Translations under genes and position numbers: made by a program
Notes under the pieces: generated by a model
Databases searched by the model: none
What the model saw: only the letters and a program-made list of their open reading frames with translations
What the model was told of the DNA's origin: nothing
Shown here: positions 56,170 to 64,000 of the stretch, piece after piece
Layout: every line of letters starts with the position of its first letter
Numbering within the stretch: the first letter of the stretch is position 1
NCBI GenBank assembly: GCA_048772705.1
Contig: JBLWGC010000201.1
Coordinates: 39,025-103,024, forward strand
From: Leidyana gryllorum EB-2025a
Lineage: Eukaryota; Protista; Apicomplexa
DNA: 64,000 nucleotides
Reading direction: 5' to 3'

Positions 56170-57528
56170 ATGAACACGACATTAGACAGAACACTGTGGA
56201 TTGAAGGACAGCTTTTTTGTCAAATATTGATTGTTGCACTCAAATCATCCACTGTTACACAGAAGCTTGTTGAGATGGAAAAGAACACATCAAGTTCGGA
56301 TATTCCGCTGGGTTACCTTGCGTTGGAACGGCTGATGGAGCAACGTCGTCGTCAAACTGGAAGAGGGAACGCGAGCGACATGTTGATGCAAACAGCCAGT
56401 CGCGAGAGTGGAGTGGAGGAGCGCCGAGAGGATAGCGCAGTGGTGACGAGTGAGAAGAAGCAACACATGCAGGAAATGATTAATAAGGTGTTGCAAGACA
56501 CGATTTACGTTGGTCGCTCACCTGAGTTTGTTGCTCCTGTTGTGATCTCGTGGTTCTCAGACGTGAGGAAGCACTTATTCTTCGATCAGGGAGATGATGT
56601 GAAGTCTAAGTTGCGTGATGGTTGTAGGTATCGTCACTACAACACCTTGGAGCGAGCTCTGGAGGAGGTGGCGGAAGCAGCTGAAGTGTTCGATGGAGTG
56701 AGGGGGCGAGTTAACTTGAGTGCTTGGTACTTAATCTCTTCGTGCCAGTACTTCCAAGGGCCAGTGATAGTTGGCACTCAAATCGATTTCCAAGCACTGT
56801 GCATGAACGTGAATGATGTGTTTAAGCCGCGCACGAGTGTGAGGAAATTCGAGTTGAATGATCTCGCTGGATTGCGCAATCATTGGGTGTTCGTTCACGT
56901 GAGGATCTTGGAGTTCCGGAGAAAGCAGTTAGCCATCAGGATGGGCTTGGATCGACGGCCTGTGCTCGAACCGATGACGGATCGTGACACGGAAGAGCTA
57001 GTTCGGATGGCTGAGGAAGAAGAGAAGAGGGTTGCGAGACGGAGAGCGGAGATGAATGACCGGTTGCGAGAAATCAATATCAGGGAGTCAGAGCTGGGTC
57101 AAGTTGCGAAGCGTGCGAGGACTATAAAGGGGGTGGGGGAAGTTGGTCTTGGACCTTCCGTAGCAAGTAAGCGAGAGGAAGGACCGAGAATCGAGGCGGC
57201 GGATGGGGACTTAAAGGGGGAAATAGAGCAGATGAAGAAAATGATGATGAGTATGGCAAACCGGTTGGAACGAATGGTGATGAAGGAACCTGATGTCGTT
57301 GTTGATCATGAATCATCGATTGAATCAACCCTGATTCAACCGACGTTGCAGCTGGACGATGTTGCGGGGGGGAACGGCGTGTGGCCTCTTGGGGTTCCTG
57401 TGTCAGGTGTGGAAGATCGTCAGATGCCAGAAGGAAAGGTCGGGGCTACTGAGGGAGGTGGAGAGCAGAGTCCAGTAAGGGAGGATGAAGGAGATACAGA
57501 TAGAGAGGGCGGAGAAGGTAGCAGTTAG
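56170..57528 (+). CDS. Hypothetical 452-aa protein (charged/coiled-coil-like, acidic tail), divergent from Rep/Hel
   Basis: Long non-repetitive ORF with no overlapping long antisense ORF; no recognised domain. The start codon is uncertain. Confidence 0.65.
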   Translation: MNTTLDRTLWIEGQLFCQILIVALKSSTVTQKLVEMEKNTSSSDIPLGYLALERLMEQRRRQTGRGNASDMLMQTASRESGVEERREDSAVVTSEKKQHMQEMINKVLQDTIYVGRSPEFVAPVVISWFSDVRKHLFFDQGDDVKSKLRDGCRYRHYNTLERALEEVAEAAEVFDGVRGRVNLSAWYLISSCQYFQGPVIVGTQIDFQALCMNVNDVFKPRTSVRKFELNDLAGLRNHWVFVHVRILEFRRKQLAIRMGLDRRPVLEPMTDRDTEELVRMAEEEEKRVARRRAEMNDRLREINIRESELGQVAKRARTIKGVGEVGLGPSVASKREEGPRIEAADGDLKGEIEQMKKMMMSMANRLERMVMKEPDVVVDHESSIESTLIQPTLQLDDVAGGNGVWPLGVPVSGVEDRQMPEGKVGATEGGGEQSPVREDEGDTDREGGEGSS

Positions 57529-57734
57529 GAGAAGTGTCTTCACGTACCTGATAGGTAGCATGACGGACCGATTGCATCAATATTACGAGTGACTGCTTGT
57601 GAGTAAGATGTAGGACGACAATGGAATGCGTTAATGCGGGGGAGGAGAGAAGAACTGCAAGTAAAGTTGAAAGCTTAGTGGAACAGAATGAAAGTAGTAT
57701 ATGGCTTACGAACTACTCGCAGAGTAGTCGCATA

Positions 57735-58762
57735 CAAGCAGCAAACATCTCGCAAAGAACTGGCAAACCAGTCGCAAACACGTGTCAAGAAAGTCGCAAA
57801 CAAGTGGGAAACATGTGGCAAACAAGTTTGAAACAAAGTGTCAAGTGAGTGGCAAACATGTGGCAAACAAGTAGCAAGTGAGTGGCAAACATGTGTCAAA
57901 CAAGTAGCAAGTGAGTGGCAAAGATGTGGCAAAGAAGTAGCAAACATGTGACAAACAAGTGTCAAGTATGTCGAAAACAAGTGCCAAACATGTTGGAAAC
58001 AAGTGGCAAACAAATGGCAAACAAGTGGTAAACAAGTCGCAAACAAGTGTCAAGTATGTGGGAAACAAGTTTGAAACAAGTAGCAAACATGTTGGAAACA
58101 AGTGGCAAACAAGTGGCAAACAACTCCCAAGTATGTGGCAAACATGTGTGAAAGAAGTATCAAAAATGGCACGAACATGTGTCAAACAAGTAGCAAATAT
58201 GTTGCGAACAAGTGTCAAGTATGTCGGAAACAAGTGACAAACAAGTATCAAACATGTGATAAACAAGTAGCAAACATGTAGCAAACATGTTGGAAACAAG
58301 TGTCAAGTTTGTCGCTCACAAGTGGCAAACATGTGGCAAACAAGTAGCAAATATGTCGCAAACATGTTGCAACAGTGTCGCAACAGTGTCGCAAACATGT
58401 GGTAGACAAGTGTCAAACAAGTACCACACATGTCGCAAACATGTGGTAGACAAGTGTGAAAGAGGTAATAAATATGTGACAAACAAGTGACAAACAAGTA
58501 TCAAACATGTGACAAACAAGTAGCAAACATGTGACAAACAAGTAGCAAACATGTTACAAACAAGTGTCAAGTTTGTCGCTCACAACTGCCAAACATGTTG
58601 CAAACAGGTGGCAAACAAGTAGCAAACATGTGACAAACAAGTGACAAACAAGTAGCAAACATGTGACAAACAAGTATCAAACCAGTGGCAAACAAGTAGC
58701 AAACATGTGACAAACAAGTAGGAGACACGTGACAAACAAGTAGCAAACATGTGCCAAACAAG
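57735..58762. repeat. 11-bp satellite of H5 (diverged variant)
   Basis: CAAACAAGTRG/CAAACATGTGR units with a different higher-order pattern. Confidence 0.93.
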
Positions 58763-58947
58763 TATTATAGATGTGTAAGACATTAATCATGTCGTACACC
58801 GTGTACAAGGGTGCTACAAGTGTGATAGCATTCTACAGAGATGTGCATCGGGTAGGGAAGAGCCACAGCTTACCGTGTGCGCAGTGTGTGAGGTTTGCGA
58901 GGGTTATTGGTGGCATGTTTAGTATGTATTGGGTTGCTAGAAAAACT

Positions 58948-60192
58948 TTATTGATTGTTTGTTGGGTTCGAAAAAACTTGCTGTCTGTCTCCCTGTTCGT
59001 GAGTCGTAACCCTTATTCCAGCGCGGGGTGTTGCCCTTGCTTGCGGTGGTGGATTGCTAACAGCCGCAGTGAGAGTGGGAGAGAGAGAAGGGGGAGCAGT
59101 AGCCAACGTAGGGGGGTAAAAAGGGTTCGGACCTCCGTAATACAGCTGAGGAGGTCCGTAAAAGGGGGTAGGAACTCCTGACGGTAGCACACTGTATGGG
59201 GCGAGCTCGTGGGAGTTGCCGATGCCCATATATGGGTTGTACATGGCTTGTTGATGACGCCATTGGAGGGTTCGCAGTTCCATTTGGAACTGGAGGTGGC
59301 GGTCGATGTTCTGTATGTGGAACATCTCCACCTCCATCGCTTGCTTCAGCTCTTCAATCTTCCTCTTGTGTCGATCCTTGAGCCTCTTAGCCTGCTGAAC
59401 TGCGGGTTCACCCCAAATGGGCACGCCATGTGTGGCAATGGGTGCGTCAAGGGCTTGAGAGCGAGCCCGAGCGGAGCTCCCTTGTAGGGGGATGGGTTCC
59501 ATGTATGCTTGGTGACCCGGTGGGTGGGAGAGAGGTGTTCGAAGAGGAACAGTGTGATTGTGGATGATATCCTCAACCAACCGTTCGTCTTTGAGTAGGG
59601 ATGAGGGGGGAGAAGCTGCCGCAGGGGGAAGAAGGGGGGGGAGTTGGGAGGCGCCGGTGGTAGCCGTCGAGACGGTGGGTGGTGTCTGTCCAAGCCCGAG
59701 CGGCTGGGAGAGCGGAGGGCTTGCTGTCGAGGCGGCTTCGGTGAGGTAGGACCGCGTCGGAGCCCTCACAACCATTGTGGTTGTCGCTTCCACAGGGGCT
59801 TCGGGCTCGGAGGGCTTTGGAGGGGGACTTACCTGTGTCAGAGAAGGGGGTGAACTTTCAGCGGGCTGGGTAGAGGGGGTAGCAGGGCTGTTGGGGCGCG
59901 ACTCGGGAGGCGTGGCCTCGATGGTCTCTTCTTCGAGCTCAGTGTTGCTCGAGGCTTCCATGTTGAGCGTCGTTGGTACGCTGGGAAGGGGCAGAGCCTC
60001 ACCTTGAGCTTCAGTGGGTGCGTCACAAAGGGCTTTCTGTGCCATGGTCAATCTTAAGCGATACAAAAAACTGGTGGCAACTTTGTATTTACAAAAAAAT
60101 TTGTAACGAGATAAGGGTGACGACATTGGTAGAATCGCGAAAATTTGCGCAAAAATTTCGATGAGACTTGAACGGGTTAAGGATGACGACAA
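58948..60192 (-). CDS. Hypothetical Pro/Ser/Thr-rich protein (up to 414 aa; probable start MAQK near 60045)
   Basis: Long ORF with a central coiled-coil-like stretch (RLKDRHKRKIEELKQAME) and a Tyr/Pro tail. Confidence 0.5.
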   Translation of the reverse strand: MSSSLTRSSLIEIFAQIFAILPMSSPLSRYKFFCKYKVATSFLYRLRLTMAQKALCDAPTEAQGEALPLPSVPTTLNMEASSNTELEEETIEATPPESRPNSPATPSTQPAESSPPSLTQVSPPPKPSEPEAPVEATTTMVVRAPTRSYLTEAASTASPPLSQPLGLGQTPPTVSTATTGASQLPPLLPPAAASPPSSLLKDERLVEDIIHNHTVPLRTPLSHPPGHQAYMEPIPLQGSSARARSQALDAPIATHGVPIWGEPAVQQAKRLKDRHKRKIEELKQAMEVEMFHIQNIDRHLQFQMELRTLQWRHQQAMYNPYMGIGNSHELAPYSVLPSGVPTPFYGPPQLYYGGPNPFYPPTLATAPPSLSPTLTAAVSNPPPQARATPRAGIRVTTHEQGDRQQVFSNPTNNQ

Positions 60193-60347
60193 GAAAAAAC
60201 ACGCAAAATATTTGCACTGGCAGCGGCAACTGTATGAGGCATTGAAGGTACATAAGGTAAGAGACTCACCTATTACATGTGTTGTTCTCGTACGTGATCA
60301 CTTCGTGTATCTTATGCTACAACGCTGCCGTCTTACCATCTTTTGTT

Positions 60348-60743
60348 TTAGATGATGTTGCCCATCTCAACTTGGAACCCTTTCCCGCAAATCTGACACT
60401 TCATGTATCCCCGATGTACATGAGGAGGGGTAGGGGGAGCTAGGGGAGGGGTAGGGGCTGCCAGCCTTGGCAATGGCTTCAGGTCCACCGTCGAGGCCAG
60501 TGAGTCTCTGCGAGTGCTCAATAACTCTGTTTGCTCATCTTGAACAACCGTTGAGAGACACCCAATGACCTCAGTAGACGAGACCGAAGCTGAGGGAGAC
60601 TGAGAATCACTCAGTGGCATGCTAACTGGGGGGCCACTGGATGCTGGCTGGGGGAGGGAGCGAATGGGCGAGGGGTTAGCTGGCTGGGGAAAAAACCGAA
60701 CAACCGGGGGTTCAGGCTCCATTGGCTGGAGCTCTACTCGCAA
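60348..60743 (-). CDS. Possible exon/ORF (131 aa, Pro-rich, CxxC)
   Basis: The same frame is conserved in the short copies (LPQPASS...SSTEVIGCL). Confidence 0.3.
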   Translation of the reverse strand: MRVELQPMEPEPPVVRFFPQPANPSPIRSLPQPASSGPPVSMPLSDSQSPSASVSSTEVIGCLSTVVQDEQTELLSTRRDSLASTVDLKPLPRLAAPTPPLAPPTPPHVHRGYMKCQICGKGFQVEMGNII

Positions 60744-60971
60744 TTGGGGTCGCGGGGCATCCCAGTTCCTCGCAAAGTGCCGAAGCTCTTCCTCGGCTAT
60801 GTGAGATGTGTGGGGATGAGGTGTGGGAACTTACTTGGTGTGGGAACGTGCCAGACCAGTCTGAGTGGCACGAGGTCACGTCTTGGGAACATCTGGGGGG
60901 GAAGAAAGCGAGCGCGAGCGAGAAGAGGGCTTTTTGGATCTGAGAACAAAAATAACAGTCCAAGTCCCACG

Positions 60972-63900
60972 TTGTGCAGGTCGGCGAAACCCGCAAGGGT
61001 GAGCCCGACCATTACCGTAGGTTTTTTGGGGGTTCTTAGGGGGTACCAGAAACGACTTTTAGTGAAATAGGAATTTGATTAGGAGCTCTAGACTAGCTCT
61101 CTCGCTTACCTTAGGAATAGTAGTGGCCTGATTAGTTAGCAGCCAGATTTTAGGCGAAATCTCACCGCTAGAATAGGAGATAGGCGACTCTCTCGAGCTC
61201 TCTGAGACACGAGAAGGCCTGATTTTTGCAAAAATGAGACTTCCCAAACTTCAATTGGCTCGTTCGCTACAGCAAACTAGCCTCCCATCGAGATGTAAGG
61301 GTCGTCAGACTCCTTAATTTAGCTCTCGTGCGGCTCGCAAGCAACAGATAGCAGCCCAAACGAGCCACTTTTCCCAAGATTTGGTGTGCGAGACGTGGGA
61401 CTTGGACTGTTATTTTTGTTCTCAGATCCAAAAAGCCCTCTTCTCGCTCGCGCTCGCTTTCTTCCCCCCCAGATGTTCCCAAGACGTGACCTCGTGCCAC
61501 TCAGACTGGTCTGGCACGTTCCCACACCAAGTAAGTTCCCACACCTCATCCCCACACATCCCAGAACGCCCCCAAGGAGCTTCGCCACTTTGCGACCAGA
61601 GCCTCACCTCCCCATTGTGCAGTTTTTATCCCAGCCAACTGACCCCCATTCGCTACCTGCCCCAACCAGCATCCAGTGACGCCCCAGCTAACATCTCATT
61701 GAGTCATTCTCAGTCTCCCCTACCGCATTTCTCGTCTACTGAGGTTATTGGGTGTCTCTAAGCGAAATTTATCACATTTTTTGATGTCGTCACCCTTATC
61801 TCGTTACAAGTTTATCGGTGTTTTTTGATGTCGTCATCCTTATCTCGTTACAAATTCATCGGAATTTTTCATGTCGTCATCCTTAACCCGTTACTAATTC
61901 ATCGGAATTTTTCATGTCGTCATCCTTAACCCCTTACCAAATTTTTCAAAAAAGCAGAGTTCGTCACCAGTGTGCAACTTGTACCAGATGATACTTGTGT
62001 TACACATCTCTTTGTAGCACCTTCAATACCCCTTTGCAACATGTTCGAGACTTGTTTGCGACATGTTTGACACTTGTTTGCTACCTGTTTCCTACTTGTT
62101 TGCTACTTGCTTGCTACTTGTTTGACACTCGTTTGACACTTGTTTGCTACATGCTTTACACTTGCTTGCCACTTCTTTGCCACATCTTTCATACTTCTTT
62201 GACACTCAGTTGAGACTTGTTCGCCAGATGTTAAACACTTTTCTGCCACATATTTCACACTTGTTTGACTCTCGTTTGACACGTGTTTGCCACTTCTTTG
62301 CCACATGTTTAACACTTGTTTGAAACTCCGTTGAGACTTGTTCACCACATGTTTAACACTTTTTTCCCACATGTTCCACACTTGTTTGACACTCGTTTGA
62401 AACTTGTTTGCCACATGCTTTACACTTGCTTGCCAGTTCTTTGCCACATGTTTAACACTTGTTTGAAACTCCGTTGAGACTTGTTCGCCACATGTTTAAC
62501 ACTTTTTTGCCACATGTTCCACACTTGTTCGACACTCGTTTGACACTTGTTTGCTACTTGTTTGATACTTCTTTGAAACTTGTTTGCCACATGCTTTACA
62601 CTTGCTTGCCAGTTCTTTGCCACATGCTTTACACTTGTTTGAAACTCCGTTGAGACTTGTTCGCCACATGTTTAACACTTTTTTGCCACATGTTCCACAC
62701 TGGTTTGACACTCGTTTGACACTCGTTTGACACTTGTTTGCGGCATCTTTGGCACTTGTTTTGCTACTTGTTTGCCACGTGTTACACACATGCTTCTCAC
62801 TTGTTTGACACATGTTTGCCACATGCTTGACACTTGTTTGATACATGTTTGACACTTGTTTGCGAGTTGTTTCACACTTGTTTGCCACATGTTTGCTACT
62901 CTTTTGACACTTGTTTGCGAGTTGTTTCCAACATGTTTGAGACTTGTTGCGAACTGCTTTGACCCTTGCTTCGCGACATGTTTGACACTTGTTTGCAACA
63001 TGTTCCAGCCTTGCTTGACACTGGTTTCCGAGTTGTTTGACACTTGTTTCACACTTATTTGCTACTTGATAGGTACTTAAATGACACTTCTCTACAAGTC
63101 GTTTGAACTCGTACATATCGTTCCAGAGCAATTGCACGCAAGATTGATGCAATTGGTTCGTTCTACTTATCACATTCACGATAGCTTGCTAACTATTCCA
63201 TCAATAAATAAATCTCACAGAAACAATGGGTACGGGGAAGCGCCCGAGCGAAGCGACAAGGGCGCTCCCCACACCCCATCAATACTTCTTCACGCACACT
63301 ATTACTCAACTTACATATCAGCCTTATCATCCCGCTCGTACACTAACAATTCGAATACTCATAACTCTTAGCATATATACACTCTCTCAATGTTTTATAG
63401 CAAACAACTGACCACCACCCTCTTACCACACCTTGAACTACATCACAATTGTCAATATACTCCTATTAACCTACCTATAATTAGCCAAATTCATGTCGTC
63501 CGAATCAACACTCAAATCCTATGCATAACTTGACTCCATCCGCATATTCTTACAAATTCCCATTCACTCCGATAAATAATGTCCACGATACGCATTGGAC
63601 TCATGACATTCTTCTCAACACTCTCAATTCAACTGAATCTCATTGATCCCCCTATATCTAGCATTACAAGCTTTTATACGTCTACAAATACTCCTCAATC
63701 AACGAGCGAATCGCTGACTCACTCTAGACCCCTCACAGCCTAACAGACAAACCATCTAAACCAATATCACTCACACATAACCTTCCAAGTTGCTCCACAT
63801 TCACTTTAGCAAACTGAGCATACTACACATCACAGCACAGTTACCAAAATACACGCCATACACTCATACAATCATGCATCTCCAGCTCATATAGTCTCAC

Positions 63901-64000
63901 AAATCAATACATAACAAGCACGATACCTGTCAACATACTAAGCAACACAACTATATCGTCACAGTCTTTTATTAGCACAATACACACCACATCAGACCTT
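60972..64000 (+). mobile_element. H6: non-autonomous Helitron-like copy, 3' end beyond the window
   Basis: Begins TTGTGCAGG after cccacg (the uninterrupted host reads cccacg|tctcg); collinear with H4. Confidence 0.88.
62032..63065. repeat. 11-bp satellite of H6
   Basis: ACACTTGTTTG units. Confidence 0.95.

Larger units (their letters stand above)
50241..60971 (-). mobile_element. H5: putatively autonomous Helentron-type rolling-circle transposon (5' end displaced beyond the window by H6)
   Basis: CTAG terminus at 50241-50244; Rep/Hel ORF; module order collinear with H3/H4. Confidence 0.85.

Noticed and set aside
26023-63179. Cys/His-rich ORFs (KCETCGK, CQTSVKQV) resembling zinc-finger proteins
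   Set aside because: They are translations of the 11-bp satellite; the same peptides appear in all three frames with scattered stops.
1-64000. RIP-type hypermutation or a host taxon call
   Set aside because: Repeats are near-identical with intact ORFs and no visible C-to-T sweep; nothing in the window identifies the organism.

Overview
This window is eukaryotic and consists almost entirely of nested transposable elements. No host housekeeping gene, RNA gene or CRISPR array is supported. Two systems are interleaved. (1) Six distinct, very compact (about 4.6-5.2 kb) Ty3/Gypsy chromodomain LTR retrotransposon families, here Gy-A to Gy-F. All six share a tRNA-iMet-type PBS (TGGTAGCAGT), a GGATTTT -1 gag/pol slip site, a gag that starts inside the 5' LTR and reads in frame through the PBS, and a GTGTCTC...GAGAC(A/G)C inverted repeat in the LTR. 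In the five families whose 3' end is visible, pol stops inside the 3' LTR. Gy-B and Gy-C sit inside Gy-A, and Gy-D sits inside Gy-C as an inverted/triplicated block. (2) A rolling-circle Helitron-like family. One putatively autonomous copy (H5, 50241 to at least 60971) encodes a 1631-aa Helentron-type Rep/PIF1 helicase plus two unknown ORFs and an 11-bp satellite. Several roughly 3.2-kb collinear, internally deleted copies (H0, H1, H3, H4, H6, and the partially visible H2) accompany it. Junction comparison defines termini 5'-TTGTGCAGG...CAAACTAG-3', no TSD, and an invariant R^TC target. Copies repeatedly insert into one another, and one appears to carry a 686-bp 3' transduction ending in CTAA. 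The whole window appears to lie inside a single such element. Family assignments come from motif recognition only; no database searches were run.
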